A model generated the notes under the pieces. It had not been told where the DNA came from. It searched no databases and was given only the letters and a program-made list of their open reading frames with translations. The translations under genes were made by a program, and so were the position numbers. Shown in pieces: positions 19,177 to 29,287 of a stretch of DNA of 64,000 bases. Positions within the stretch are counted from its first letter, which is position 1, and every line of letters begins with the position of its first letter. The DNA comes from Solirubrobacterales bacterium (lineage in GTDB: Bacteria > Actinomycetota > Thermoleophilia > Solirubrobacterales > JACPNS01): contig JBPPNF010000012.1 of NCBI GenBank assembly GCA_051306435.1, positions 1,908 to 65,907 of the forward strand, written 5' to 3'.

Positions 19177-19521
19177 GTGGACGAAGCTGACGATCAGGCG
19201 CGCGAGCGCGAGGAAGTAGACCGCGTCGAAGAACGCGAACTGACCGTCATTGAAATGATGAACGGACCGGCACGGCCGTCACCGCGGCGCCAGCGCACCT
19301 TCCTCTGGGTCGGACTGGCATTTTCTTCCTTCCTCTTCGCGATGACCGTGGCCGTGATCGGCCTCTACGGGCTGGACGTGCTGACGCTGATGACAATTGT
19401 CCCGCTCGGATTTCTCGTCGCCGCGATGATCGGCGCGCTGCGTTACAAGGGCGAGGATCCGATGGCGCAGTTTGATCCCCCGGATCCAGTTGCTCCGCGC
19501 CCTTTCTGGCGGCGCAAATAG
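19177..19521 (+). CDS. Hypothetical membrane protein (2 TM)
   Basis: Two hydrophobic helices; TAAGCT -10 six nt before GTG. Confidence 0.65.
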   Translation: MDEADDQAREREEVDRVEERELTVIEMMNGPARPSPRRQRTFLWVGLAFSSFLFAMTVAVIGLYGLDVLTLMTIVPLGFLVAAMIGALRYKGEDPMAQFDPPDPVAPRPFWRRK

Positions 19522-19658
19522 TTACGACCGGCCGATGACATTTCTCGAGTTGCTCGCCTTCGCGCACGTTGCTGCGGCGATGATCCGGGTCGGTAGCGGC
19601 ACGCTCCCCCAGATTCTTGGTCGACGGTCGGATGGCTGATCCGCCAAGATTGAGGGCG

Positions 19659-20402
19659 ATGCCCTCACTGCTTGCCGTACTCGCTCTGATGTTCTCGTTG
19701 GCCACCGCCGCGGCACCTGGCGCCGCCAAACCGCTGGCATCGCTGGAGGGCAGGACGATCCTTGTAGATCCCGGCCACAACGGAGGCAACGCCGAGCACC
19801 CGGACGAGATCAACCGGCTCGTGCCGGCAGGAGGATTCCTCAAGGAGTGCGACACCACCGGCGCCACCACCAACGATGAGCGCCTCACGGAGGCAGCCTT
19901 CAACTGGGACGTCGCAAGGCGACTGACGCGCCTGCTGCGCGCGTCTGGCGCGAAGGTCGTGCTCACCCGCAGAAGCAACACCGGCGTCGGTCCGTGCATC
20001 AACAAGCGCGCCTCGATCGGCAACCGCGCCAAGGCTGACGCTGCGATCTCGATCCACGCCGACGGCGGGGAGCCGGGTGGCAAGGGCTTTCACGTGATCC
20101 GCCCGGGACTCGTGCGCGGTCACACCGGGCCGATCGTCAAGCCGTCGAAGGATTTGGCGTTGGACATCCGCGCGTCGTTGGACAAAGCTGGCCTGGCCCG
20201 CGCCGACTACATCGCGCACAACGGAATGATCGCGCGGCGTGACCTCGGCGGGCTGAATCTCTCAAAGGTGCCCAAGGTGCTCGCTGAGCTCGGGAACATG
20301 CGCAACGCCGCTGACGCGCGTCGGCTCAAGAGCGCCAAGTGGCGTGAGCATGTCGCGCGCGCCCTGCGCAGCGGCCTTGCCAGCTACCTGAAGGACAACT
20401 GA
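19659..20402 (+). CDS. N-acetylmuramoyl-L-alanine amidase (Amidase_3)
   Basis: Signal peptide; VDPGHNG, E-AAFN, SIHADG, AELGNM Zn ligands; resembles mycobacterial Ami1. Confidence 0.92.
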   Translation: MPSLLAVLALMFSLATAAAPGAAKPLASLEGRTILVDPGHNGGNAEHPDEINRLVPAGGFLKECDTTGATTNDERLTEAAFNWDVARRLTRLLRASGAKVVLTRRSNTGVGPCINKRASIGNRAKADAAISIHADGGEPGGKGFHVIRPGLVRGHTGPIVKPSKDLALDIRASLDKAGLARADYIAHNGMIARRDLGGLNLSKVPKVLAELGNMRNAADARRLKSAKWREHVARALRSGLASYLKDN

Positions 20403-20404
20403 GC

Positions 20405-20437
20405 AAAAAAAACGGCGCCCCCCGGAGGGAGCGCCGT
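20405..20437 (-). terminator. Intrinsic terminator of cspA
   Basis: Stem ACGGCGC/GCGCCGT followed by an 8-nt T run on the minus strand. Confidence 0.85.
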
Positions 20438-20483
20438 ATTGAAAACAGCACGAAGTCTGTTGTCAGGTGTCGGAGGAGAAGCT

Positions 20484-20687
20484 CTAGAGCTTCTTGATTC
20501 CGACGGCCTTGGGACCCTTGTCCCCGGGCTCAACTTCGAACTCGACGCGTTCACCCTCGCTGAGTGAACGGAAGCCGTCCGAGAGGATCTCGGTGTGGTG
20601 GGCGAAGACGTCCTTGGAACCGTCTTCCGGGGCAATGAAGCCGAAGCCCTTGTCGTCGTTGAACCACTTGACTGTGCCAGTGGGCAT
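20484..20687 (-). CDS. cspA: Cold-shock protein
   Basis: [21 protein letters not shown]; AGGAG RBS. Confidence 0.97.
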   Translation of the reverse strand: MPTGTVKWFNDDKGFGFIAPEDGSKDVFAHHTEILSDGFRSLSEGERVEFEVEPGDKGPKAVGIKKL

Positions 20688-21054
20688 TGATTTCTCCTGT
20701 GTATTGCTTACGTCGCGAACCAGAAAATCAAAAGAACCCCCGGCGCAAAGCGACTTACTTGATCGATCGCATCGGCATATGCCAAATACGACTTGAAGCG
20801 AAATGTAGTCGCTCCGGCGCCCAAATCGTGAAAACCTCGTGGTCATGTTGGTACCAGCTGGTTTCAGTTCTCGACCAGATCCATGGCTGGTGAGCTTTCA
20901 GGCGAAGCAACGGTGACTCCGGTGGACCGCCTCTCGCGCGGTCGCCACAAGCTTTCTCGCGCGCATCGGATCTGTAGGAAAGGCTTCGCGAGCGTCTCTC
21001 CCCGCTTCGCCACCAAGGCGTGGAAGTCCGACCTGGAGCCTCACGTCCATGAAT

Positions 21055-21618
21055 TCAGGAATCATCCCCGCCGCCCGCTCCATCCAACCCGTGGAGCACC
21101 AACTGTTCGAGCAGTTCCGGCAGGTTCTCCGCTGAAGACACATCTCGCGGCCAATGAGCCACCGAGAGCAGCAAGCCGATCGCCGCATGCGCTGAGATGG
21201 CGAGTTCGGGCTCCGAGCGGTCAGGGAAGCAGCGATGCAACACCTCCACCCAACGCTCGACGTGACTTCGCTGACGCCGGTGCAGACGTTTTCGGGTGTC
21301 GCCGTCCAATGACCGATCCTCACGTGCGTAGACGGCGACGAGTTCGCGATGGTTCGCAACGAACCGAACCTGCGCGCGAATCAGGTGTTTCAACTCAACC
21401 CACGGATCGTCGTCCGGTGGTCCGGCAAGCTGCAGCAGCCGGTCCATCGCCTCGTCGAAGAGCGTCGTAAGAATCTCGTCCTTGCCGCGAAAGTGCCGAT
21501 AGATCGCCGGCCCGGTAACTCCCGCTGCGGCTCCAATTTCGTCAACACTGACCGCGTCAAATCCTCGTTCGACAAACAACCGCGAAGCGGCATCAAGGAT
21601 TGCGCGGTCCCGATCCAT
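21055..21618 (-). CDS. TetR-family regulator (divergent from MBL-P450)
   Basis: ILDAASRLFVERGFDAVSVDEIGAAAGVTGPAIYRHF HTH. Confidence 0.93.
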   Translation of the reverse strand: MDRDRAILDAASRLFVERGFDAVSVDEIGAAAGVTGPAIYRHFRGKDEILTTLFDEAMDRLLQLAGPPDDDPWVELKHLIRAQVRFVANHRELVAVYAREDRSLDGDTRKRLHRRQRSHVERWVEVLHRCFPDRSEPELAISAHAAIGLLLSVAHWPRDVSSAENLPELLEQLVLHGLDGAGGGDDS

Positions 21619-21679
21619 GTCGGCAACTTAACCCAAACTCGATCCGGGACCGAAAAATGGCGCGTCGATCGGACCAGTA

Positions 21680-21695
21680 GTTAACGTTCGTTCAC
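21680..21695. promoter_or_regulatory. Putative TetR operator A (GTTAACG-N2-CGTTAAC) over the -35 of the MBL gene
   Basis: GTTAACGTTCGTTCAC; TTAACG -35, 17-nt spacer, TAAGTT -10 at 21704. Confidence 0.6.
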
Positions 21696-21716
21696 ATAAA
21701 TGGTAAGTTCCCCACT

Positions 21717-22640
21717 ATGAATGAGGTCCGCCCAGATGTACCGCATTGGGACCAGCCGGCAGACGGCGTGTTCAGGTTGCGACTCCCGCTGGCGCTGGCG
21801 TCACCGGATCACATCAACTGCTACCTGCTCCGTGACCCTGATGGGGATGTGCTTGTCGACACGGGGATGATTGGTTCCGAAGACGCGCTCGATTTGTGTT
21901 TGGCTGAGATCGGTGCCAGACCGGACCGCGTTCTCGTAACTCACGGACACATCGATCATTGGGGCCTGGCCACCAGATTCGCCGACCGCATACTCGTGCA
22001 TCCGGCATGCAGCGACTCATTCAGTTTCATGGAGCAGACGAATGGCGCCGATCAGTCTGCAGACCCGGGTGGATCGCAATTTCCGTCGGAGATGGAGCGC
22101 GTGTTTTCACGCTACAGGCAGCAGGTGACGGGGGTTCCCGGTCGAGATTCGCTCGCAGAGGGCGACATGATAGGAGACTGGCGCGTGCTTTGGACTCCGG
22201 GGCATGCGCCGGGTCACGTGTGCTTGTTACGTGAAACTGACGGAGTGCTGATCGCCGGAGATCACCTGCTCCCGGGATTCACTCCCAACATTCAGCCCTC
22301 CACGCAACGTGAAGATGCTCTTTCGGACTACCTGGATTCGCTCAGCCGAATGCATGAAATCGATGTGCGGCTGGTTCTGCCCGGCCATGGCGAACCGTTC
22401 GCCGACGCGAGCGGCCGTGCCACCGAATTACTGGACCACCATGAAACGCGCCTGCAGATGCTTGAGAGCGCCCTCACGCAAGAGCCGACGACATTGGAAT
22501 CCTTGACCGCAGAGTTGTTCCGTTCCACCCCCGGCGCTGAGGACCGAATGCTCGCGTCGATGGAGACTTTCGCGCATCTCGAGTATTTGCGGTTGCGTGG
22601 AAGAGCGGATTCGAACACAGTCGGCGAGTGGTCAGGTTGA
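21717..22640 (+). CDS. Metallo-beta-lactamase-fold hydrolase
   Basis: THGHIDHWG (HxHxDH), GHAPGH, GDH, PGHG. Confidence 0.92.
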   Translation: MNEVRPDVPHWDQPADGVFRLRLPLALASPDHINCYLLRDPDGDVLVDTGMIGSEDALDLCLAEIGARPDRVLVTHGHIDHWGLATRFADRILVHPACSDSFSFMEQTNGADQSADPGGSQFPSEMERVFSRYRQQVTGVPGRDSLAEGDMIGDWRVLWTPGHAPGHVCLLRETDGVLIAGDHLLPGFTPNIQPSTQREDALSDYLDSLSRMHEIDVRLVLPGHGEPFADASGRATELLDHHETRLQMLESALTQEPTTLESLTAELFRSTPGAEDRMLASMETFAHLEYLRLRGRADSNTVGEWSG

Positions 22641-22658
22641 CCCGATGCGGCACAATGG

Positions 22659-22674
22659 CGTAACGTGCGTTAAC
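22659..22674. promoter_or_regulatory. Putative TetR operator B upstream of the P450
   Basis: CGTAACGTGCGTTAAC, 12/16 identical to site A with the same palindromic consensus. Confidence 0.55.
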
Positions 22675-22739
22675 CGATCTCTGAAAGTCTTCCGGATGTC
22701 GACCCTACTCACACGCGCACAGCGCGGAGGTACTCGAAG

Positions 22740-24146
22740 ATGAATCGCAAGAATCGTTCAGCCCTCTCTGCAATCGGCGCAGTCGGCGCAGGTTTGGTTT
22801 TGATCCGGCTTACGCGCGGCAACGCCACAGACACACGCACGAATGTGCCGGGACCCGGCGGCCCGCGCTGGCTGCAGACAGTTCATTTCTTGGCGCGTCC
22901 CACGTCATTTTTGGAGCGAAACCAGCGCAAACACGGAGACACGTTTGCCGGGCACCTTGCCGGACTCGGCCGCGGGAGGATGATCGTGGTGAGTGACCCT
23001 GCGACGATCGAGGAGGTGTTCAAATCCGATCCGTACGTCTTGCAGGCTGGGCGCGCGGCCGCCGGCACGATTACTCCGATCGCCGGCTCCAATTCCCTGC
23101 TCGTGTTGGACGCGCCGAAGCATCTCGAGGACCGCCGGTTGATGTCGCCGCCGTTCCACGGCGAGCGTATGCGAACTTACGAATCCGTGATGGTCGAGGA
23201 AACGCATCGATCAATGGCCGGATGGCCACACGGAGAACCGTTCGAGCTTCGCGAGAAAATGGCCGACATCACGCTCGATGTAATCCTCAGAGCAGTTTTC
23301 GGGATGGAACGGAGCGCGGCGTATGACGAGCTCCGCGCCGCGCTGCTGGCGATGGTCCAGAATGATTCCGCCGTAAGCCTCGGACTGATGGTTCCAGGAC
23401 TCCGCCGAGACATCGGGCCCTGGCGAAAATGGTCAGCTTTTGAGCGGGCGGTCGAACACGGGAACACGCTCATATTCGCGGAGATCGCTCGCCGACGCGA
23501 ATCCGATGAGATCTCCGACCGTGTCGACATCCTCTCGATGCTCATGGAAGCAGATCGTGAAGATGGCTCGAAGATGTCCGACCAGGAGTTGCGCGACGAA
23601 CTCATCACACTGCTGCTGGCAGGTCATGAAACAACGTCCACCGGGATGGCATGGACATTCGAACTGTTGTTCCGTCACCCCGAAGCGATGGAGAAACTAC
23701 GGGCGAGCATCCAGGACGGCGAGTCGGACTATCTGGAGGCCGTGATCTACGAGTCCTTGCGTCTGCGAACGGTCATACCGTTTGTTGCCCGCGTCGTGTC
23801 CCAGCCGACAACAATCGGTGGCTATGACTTGGAAATTGGCGACACTGTCGTGCCGGCCGTTCACCTCGTTCACCGCCGAGCAGATATTTACCCGGATCCA
23901 GAATCCTTTCGTCCTGAGAGATTCTTGAACACCAAGCCGGGCACGTACGAGTGGATCCCATTCGGTGGCGGAATGCGACGGTGCATCGGCGCGAGCTTCG
24001 CAACCTTTGAAATGAAGACGTTGATTCGTGAGATTCTCACGCACACGGAGCTTGCACCAGCGAGTTCGCGTCCGGAGCGAGTTCGCCGCCGCGCTTTTAC
24101 GCTGGTGCCGAATCACGGCACGATGACGATTCAGCGGGACATTTGA
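22740..24146 (+). CDS. Cytochrome P450
   Basis: AGHETT I-helix, ESLR (ExxR), PERF, FGGGMRRCIG heme-Cys. Confidence 0.97.
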   Translation: MNRKNRSALSAIGAVGAGLVLIRLTRGNATDTRTNVPGPGGPRWLQTVHFLARPTSFLERNQRKHGDTFAGHLAGLGRGRMIVVSDPATIEEVFKSDPYVLQAGRAAAGTITPIAGSNSLLVLDAPKHLEDRRLMSPPFHGERMRTYESVMVEETHRSMAGWPHGEPFELREKMADITLDVILRAVFGMERSAAYDELRAALLAMVQNDSAVSLGLMVPGLRRDIGPWRKWSAFERAVEHGNTLIFAEIARRRESDEISDRVDILSMLMEADREDGSKMSDQELRDELITLLLAGHETTSTGMAWTFELLFRHPEAMEKLRASIQDGESDYLEAVIYESLRLRTVIPFVARVVSQPTTIGGYDLEIGDTVVPAVHLVHRRADIYPDPESFRPERFLNTKPGTYEWIPFGGGMRRCIGASFATFEMKTLIREILTHTELAPASSRPERVRRRAFTLVPNHGTMTIQRDI

Positions 24147-24158
24147 AGCGACTCAGCT

Positions 24159-25400
24159 TTACGCCTGGCGAGTCGCGGTCTCGCCAGGTGAATCACCGGA
24201 GCCAAACTGGGCCAACACCTTTGCCCGCTTGCGGGGCAAGATGTTCGCGCGGGAGATATCGCCGTGATAATGCTCGATCACCCGCTTGTCCATCACGCGC
24301 CTCCAGACTGGCGGGAACAGGGCCAGGACGATCATTCCCGCATAGCCGGTGGGCAGATGGGGAGCCTCGTCGAAGCTGCGGAGTGCCTGGTAGCGACGGG
24401 TCGGGTGGGCATGATGATCGCTGTGGCGCTGCAGGTGATACAGAAACACGTTGGACGCGACGTTGTTGTTGTTCCAGCTGTGCGAAGGCATGCAACGCTC
24501 GAAACGCCCATCTTCCTTCTTCTGGCGAGCCAGTCCGTAGTGCTCAAGATAGTTGACGACCTCCAACAGGCTGAAGCCGAGCAGCCCCTGAAGTATGAGG
24601 TATGGCAGCACGACCCAGCCGAACACGGCGACAAGCGTTCCGAACAGCGCGATCGACATCAACCACGCATTGAGCAGATCGTTCTTGATCGTCCAGAACG
24701 ATGAACCGGTGCGCTTCAGCCGCTTGCTTTCAATCTCAATCGCCGAGCGCATACTGCCTGCCACCGTCCGCGGCCAGAATTCGTAGAAGTTCTCGCCAAA
24801 GCGCGAACTTGCCGGATCTTCTGGCGTCGCGACTCTCACGTGGTGGCCGCGATTGTGCTCGATGAAAAAGTGCCCGTAAAAAGTCTGGGCGAGAGCGATC
24901 TTGCTGAGCCACCGCTCAAGCGAATCACGTTTGTGTCCAAGTTCGTGGGCCGCATTGATGCCGAGGCCACCGATCGTACCGATTGTCAACGCGAGACCGA
25001 TGTCTGCGGCCGTCGAGAGGTCGCCGTACGCCCACATCCAGCAGGCAAAAATGAGTCCGGCAAACTGAAGCGGAATGAATCCGTAGGTGATCCATCGATA
25101 GTAAGGATCCTCTTCCAACCAGGCGAGCACGCTGTCTGGTGGATTCTTGGAATCTTCGCCGATGATCAAGTCGAGCAGTGGGAAGATCACAAAAAGCAGT
25201 GCCGGGCCGATGAACCAGAACGCGATCGAGCCGGTCAGTTCGACGAGTCCCCAGGCCACAAATGGTGCCAGAGGGATGATTGTGCCGAGAATCCACGCGT
25301 AGCGCTTCGGGTCCTTCCACGTGGCCGGGGTGAGTTCAACCGGATCATTCTCGTCACTGGCTGTGTACTCCAGATCAGACAGGCTCGACGTGCTGGGCAT
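24159..25400 (-). CDS. alkB: Alkane 1-monooxygenase (membrane di-iron hydroxylase)
   Basis: HELGHK, EHNRGHH, NYLEHYG (HYG motif), LQRHSDHHA; AAGGAG RBS before ATG 25400. Confidence 0.95.
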   Translation of the reverse strand: MPSTSSLSDLEYTASDENDPVELTPATWKDPKRYAWILGTIIPLAPFVAWGLVELTGSIAFWFIGPALLFVIFPLLDLIIGEDSKNPPDSVLAWLEEDPYYRWITYGFIPLQFAGLIFACWMWAYGDLSTAADIGLALTIGTIGGLGINAAHELGHKRDSLERWLSKIALAQTFYGHFFIEHNRGHHVRVATPEDPASSRFGENFYEFWPRTVAGSMRSAIEIESKRLKRTGSSFWTIKNDLLNAWLMSIALFGTLVAVFGWVVLPYLILQGLLGFSLLEVVNYLEHYGLARQKKEDGRFERCMPSHSWNNNNVASNVFLYHLQRHSDHHAHPTRRYQALRSFDEAPHLPTGYAGMIVLALFPPVWRRVMDKRVIEHYHGDISRANILPRKRAKVLAQFGSGDSPGETATRQA

Positions 25401-25669
25401 TATTTCGAACTCCTTGCGCATTTGGACAATGGGACCGGTGTGATCTTTTTCGAACGCACAATGCTTGGCTGCGAAAAACTGTTGAGCAGCTCAATTTCAG
25501 CGATGACTCTGGATTGGACGGATTCGGACTCAACGGGCAGTCGCTCAGAATCGCGGGTTGTTCTGGCGCTCGCTCAAAGCGACGGCTGGGAAATGCTTCA
25601 CCGTGCGTCCGTCATGATCAGCTTCCAGATTCAAATGTGTGCTACCCGTTAAGCCTGCATACACCCCGT

Positions 25670-25684
25670 TTTACATCGTGTCAA
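25670..25684. promoter_or_regulatory. Operator copy 1 (TTGACA-N3-TGTCAA) upstream of alkB
   Basis: TTTACA-TCG-TGTCAA, one mismatch. Confidence 0.65.
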
Positions 25685-25807
25685 TCTAGCACTTCAGCTG
25701 CCTGTATGTGGCTATTTCCAGGTGGCAGGACACTCCACTCGTAGTCACTCAGGCGAAAGCGCGTGGTTCAATCCCTTGGCCCGTCCGAGCCCGGTCTGAT
25801 CCTCGGG

Positions 25808-26395
25808 TCAGATCGCGTTTGTCCAGACTTCGTAAAGGCCTTCGACCATTTCATCAGCGGACATGTCGTCGGGCGCGACCACGCGCAAATAACATGCGCG
25901 CTCCGTCATCCACACAAGTAGATAGGCCTTGGTTCGCGCCGCTTCGGCGGTCCCTCCATCAGCGACGATGCGGCCTTGGGTTGCAGTGATGAATCGATCT
26001 ATTATTTCGTGCCAAAGGCGCCGAATTTCGCCGTCGTACGTGGACGCCTCTACGACAGCACCCATTACCGGACCATGTTCGTCGTAGATTCGAACAACAT
26101 TCTCCATAGCTACGTGAAGGTCTTGTGGGTCACTCGCCCCACTCCACCAAACTTCGGCTTCATCAAACAACGAGCTCGCGACTCGGTGCACAATTGTGGC
26201 CAGAAGATCCCGCTTGTCGCGAAAGTAAAAGTAAAACGCGGTTCGCGTGCGGCCCGCGTGTTCGGCAATCCGGCCCACGCTCAGATCGGCAAAAGGTGAA
26301 CCCGCCGCAAGAAGCTGCTCTGTCGCAAGAATGAACGAATCTTCGACCTCGCTGCGCTGTTGATCGGTTTCGCTGCGGCGCGAAATTGTGCTCAT
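25808..26395 (-). CDS. TetR-family regulator, EthR-like
   Basis: ILATEQLL..ADLSVGRIAEHAGRTRTAFYFYF; C-terminal W..MTER resembles EthR; TAGGCT -10 seven nt before ATG. Confidence 0.92.
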   Translation of the reverse strand: MSTISRRSETDQQRSEVEDSFILATEQLLAAGSPFADLSVGRIAEHAGRTRTAFYFYFRDKRDLLATIVHRVASSLFDEAEVWWSGASDPQDLHVAMENVVRIYDEHGPVMGAVVEASTYDGEIRRLWHEIIDRFITATQGRIVADGGTAEAARTKAYLLVWMTERACYLRVVAPDDMSADEMVEGLYEVWTNAI

Positions 26396-26419
26396 GCTTC
26401 AGAGCCTAATCGCTTGGGC

Positions 26420-26434
26420 TTGACATGTTGTCAA
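26420..26434. promoter_or_regulatory. Operator copy 2 (perfect TTGACA-TGT-TGTCAA) in the TetR promoter
   Basis: Perfect 6-bp-arm inverted repeat overlapping the -35 region. Confidence 0.75.
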
Positions 26435-26443
26435 ACAGTGTGT

Positions 26444-26600
26444 TTAACCATCCCGGGTCTCGGTGAGGCTTGACTCAAGACGGTGGTTCTTCTCGAACTC
26501 CTCGGGCGTGACGTCACCCAGGCTCTCGTTGAGTCCACCCGAGTTGAACCAGCCGATGAAGGTTGCGATGGCAAGCTATGCGTCGAAGTGCGAGCGAGCG
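26444..26600 (-). mobile_element. IS3-family remnant (transposase C-terminus and right terminal IR)
   Basis: Manual translation HFDA*LAIATFIGWFNSGGLNESLGDVTPEEFEKNH resembles the IS3 OrfB end (ELAIAEYIGWFN..RLHESLG..P.EFE); end TTAACCATCCCGGGTCT resembles IS6110-type TGAACCGCCCCGG. Confidence 0.75.
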
Positions 26601-26611
26601 AATCAATTCCA

Positions 26612-27385
26612 CTACCGAACGCCGGCACCCATCGCATGAAATCCGCCGTCGACATGCACAATCTCGCCGGTGATGGCCCTCGCGTGGTCGGACATCAGAA
26701 AGCAGATTGTCGAGGCGACCGGCCCCGAGTCGCCAGGGTCCCAGCCAAGCGGCGCCTGCTCCGCCCAAGCGGCCGAAAGTTTGTTGAACCCCGCGATCCC
26801 TCCGGCTGCGGCGGTGTCGAGTGGTCCTGCCGCAACGAGATTCACCCGCGTGCCCCGTGGTCCAAGGTCACGCGCCAGGTACCGGGATGTCGACTCCAAC
26901 GCAGCCTTTGCCACGCCCATCCAGTCGTATGCCGGCCAGGCGACGGTGGCATCGAAGTCGAGCCCGACGAGGGAACCATTGCCCGGGGGGAAAAGCGGCG
27001 CGAGCGTCGCGCCGAGCGCTTTGAGCGAGAATGCGCTGACCGAGAATGCGTCGATCGCGGACGGCAAGGGCGTGGTCAGAAATTCTCCGCCAATTGCATC
27101 TTTCGGCGCGTAGGCGATCGCATGGAGCGCGGCGTCGAGCCCGCCCCAACTCGAACTCAGGTCGTCGGCGAGCGCCGCAAATGCGTCCTGGTCACGCACG
27201 TCGAGTTCGAAGATCTCAACTGGCGTTTCCAGCGCACGGGCAGTTCGTTCGGTCATCCGGCGCACTCGGCCAAAGCTGGTCAGAACTACTTCGGCTCCCA
27301 ATGACTGGGCAAGCCGCGCCGTCTCGAAGGCGATCGACTCACGGGTGACAACTCCCGTCAGAAGCACGCGTTTGCCGGCAATCAT
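26612..27385 (-). CDS. fabI: Enoyl-ACP reductase (InhA/FabI)
   Basis: TGVVTRESIAF, LHAIAYAP, YDWMGVAKAALES, AGPLDT, DGGFH. Confidence 0.93.
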   Translation of the reverse strand: MIAGKRVLLTGVVTRESIAFETARLAQSLGAEVVLTSFGRVRRMTERTARALETPVEIFELDVRDQDAFAALADDLSSSWGGLDAALHAIAYAPKDAIGGEFLTTPLPSAIDAFSVSAFSLKALGATLAPLFPPGNGSLVGLDFDATVAWPAYDWMGVAKAALESTSRYLARDLGPRGTRVNLVAAGPLDTAAAGGIAGFNKLSAAWAEQAPLGWDPGDSGPVASTICFLMSDHARAITGEIVHVDGGFHAMGAGVR

Positions 27386-27858
27386 CTGGACGCCTCGCGG
27401 TCTCGTTGCCAGATCAGATCAACCGAAGCGGAAGTCGTGCGCTTTTCGTTCTGATTTCTTATGTCGAGCGTGCAACTGACCAGCCCCGTGGCTTCGGAAA
27501 TCTCTCGGAGCTCAACGATTGTCCCGTGGACGGTGATCGTGTCCCCGAGGTACACCGGTCGTTTGAATGTTGCCTCGTTCACTCGTCGCATCGCGATCAC
27601 GCGTTCAGGGTCGAGCGGCAGCAATCCGAATGCATAAGAAAGGACAAGAAGCCCGTTGGCAATTCGCGAGCCGAAGATGCTTTGTCCCGCCCAGTTCGCG
27701 TCAGTGTGAACCGGGTGGCGATCTCCTGTCAGGTGCGAAAACATCACGACATCGGACTCCGTGACAGTTCTGCCAGGACTGTGAAAGCCCATGCCCGGCG
27801 ATAGCTGATCGAAGTACAGAGCAAACGACGAAGGCTCAAAGTGGAATGTTTCCGACAC
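27382..27858 (-). CDS. MaoC-like hot-dog dehydratase
   Basis: RTVTESDVVMFSHLTGDRHPVHTD, RIANG, FKRPVYLGDT. Confidence 0.88.
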   Translation of the reverse strand: MSETFHFEPSSFALYFDQLSPGMGFHSPGRTVTESDVVMFSHLTGDRHPVHTDANWAGQSIFGSRIANGLLVLSYAFGLLPLDPERVIAMRRVNEATFKRPVYLGDTITVHGTIVELREISEATGLVSCTLDIRNQNEKRTTSASVDLIWQRDREASR

Positions 27859-29287
27859 GCGCGGGTCCCTTCCTGGGGTTGCTGAAGAATTCGATGGCAC
27901 CGGCAATTCTTTCTCTGGTCGTGTGTGGCTCGATCACTTCGTCGATGTGACCGAGCGCAGCGGCTTTGCTCGCAGTCAGGTGTTCGCGCTGGTATTCGTC
28001 GCGTAGCTCGGCCTCTTTGGCCGGACCCTCGCTTCCGGCAGCTTCGATTTCTCGACGGTTGACGAGCTGCACAGCTGAGGTTGCGGACATCACGCCGATT
28101 TCGGCGGTTGGCCACGCCAGCGCGGTAGTCGCTCCCAGCGCCTTGGAGTTCATCGCGATGTAGGCACCGCCGAAGGCCTTGCGCAGAACGATCGTGAGCT
28201 TCGGGACGTCCGCCTCGGCGAATGCGTGGACGAGCTTCACTCCGCGTCGGATGATTCCGTTCGCCTCTTGAGCCTCACCCGGGAGGAATCCCGGGGTGTC
28301 CACGAGCACAACCAACGGAATCCCGAATGAATTGCATGTTCGTACGAACCGAGCTGCCTTCTCAGACGAATGCGAATCGAGTACGCCTCCGAGCCAGCGT
28401 GGTTGGTTGGCAACGAATCCGACCGAATGTCCGTTGACTCGCGCAAACCCGATTGAGATGTTTCGTGCCCAGAGCGGCTGGATCTCCAAAAATGTGCCGG
28501 GATCGACGAGCCGCTCGATAACGAGTCGAACGTCGTACACCTTTCGCGGGCTACGAGGCACCAGGAGCTCGACTCCGAACTGATCCTGGGGATCCCGAAC
28601 CGGAGGTGTGATCGGCACCTGAAGTCTCTCGAGCAGATCACGTGCATATGAAATCGCCTCAGCATCCGTCTCCGCAACATGGTGCGCCACGCCATTCTTG
28701 CTGTGAACGAGCGGGCCACCGAGTTGCTCTGCGGATATCTCCTCCCCCAGTGCCGCGCGCACGATTGCGGGGCCGGTGAGGAACATTCGCGCGTCGCGCG
28801 TGAGGACGACGAAATCCATCAATGCGGGCGAGTACGCGCCGCCGCCCGCTGCCGCGCCGGACACGACGGCGATCTGGGGAACTCGACCGGACATTGCAAC
28901 CTGATGACGGAACATCGCCGCATATCCGGCGAGCGAATCGATGCCCTCCTGGACTCGTGCGCCGGCGGATTCGATGATCGCGACGACCGGCTTGTCGGCT
29001 TTGTGAGCGCGTTCAAGATGCCTGGCGATCGTTTCGGCCTGCGCCGCACCGAGCGCGCCGGCCATGTACGACCTGTCCTGCGCATACGCGGCGACCGGTC
29101 GGCCGTTGCATTTTCCGATTGCGGCAACGACTCCGTCTCCGTCACTGGACTCGATCCCTGCGTTGCGCGAGCGCACGCGGGATCCAACGATCTGCATACT
29201 GCCCGAGTCGAAGAGGTGCTCGAGGCGCGTTATCGGAAGCCACGCAGTCTCTGCTTTGTTCGCCGCCGAGACCCGCATCACGCTCAC
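27836..29287 (-). CDS. Acyl-CoA carboxylase carboxyltransferase (beta) subunit
   Basis: GALG, SAGARVQEG, AAGGGAYSPA, DTPGFLPG, RKAFGGAY. Confidence 0.93.
   Translation of the reverse strand: MSVMRVSAANKAETAWLPITRLEHLFDSGSMQIVGSRVRSRNAGIESSDGDGVVAAIGKCNGRPVAAYAQDRSYMAGALGAAQAETIARHLERAHKADKPVVAIIESAGARVQEGIDSLAGYAAMFRHQVAMSGRVPQIAVVSGAAAGGGAYSPALMDFVVLTRDARMFLTGPAIVRAALGEEISAEQLGGPLVHSKNGVAHHVAETDAEAISYARDLLERLQVPITPPVRDPQDQFGVELLVPRSPRKVYDVRLVIERLVDPGTFLEIQPLWARNISIGFARVNGHSVGFVANQPRWLGGVLDSHSSEKAARFVRTCNSFGIPLVVLVDTPGFLPGEAQEANGIIRRGVKLVHAFAEADVPKLTIVLRKAFGGAYIAMNSKALGATTALAWPTAEIGVMSATSAVQLVNRREIEAAGSEGPAKEAELRDEYQREHLTASKAAALGHIDEVIEPHTTRERIAGAIEFFSNPRKGPARVGNIPL

Noticed and set aside
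20850-21066. Possible IS left end or transposase start (TGATTCCTGAATTCATGGACG on the minus strand) and ORFs 20883-21470 and 20898-21359
   Set aside because: Only vague resemblance to IS3 ends, no convincing transposase motif in any frame, and the ORFs overlap the real TetR.
25401-25669. Small ORF or riboswitch in the roughly 270-nt alkB leader
   Set aside because: Only very short ORFs (MTDAR and a 29-codon TTG ORF) without recognisable features, and no known aptamer pattern seen.
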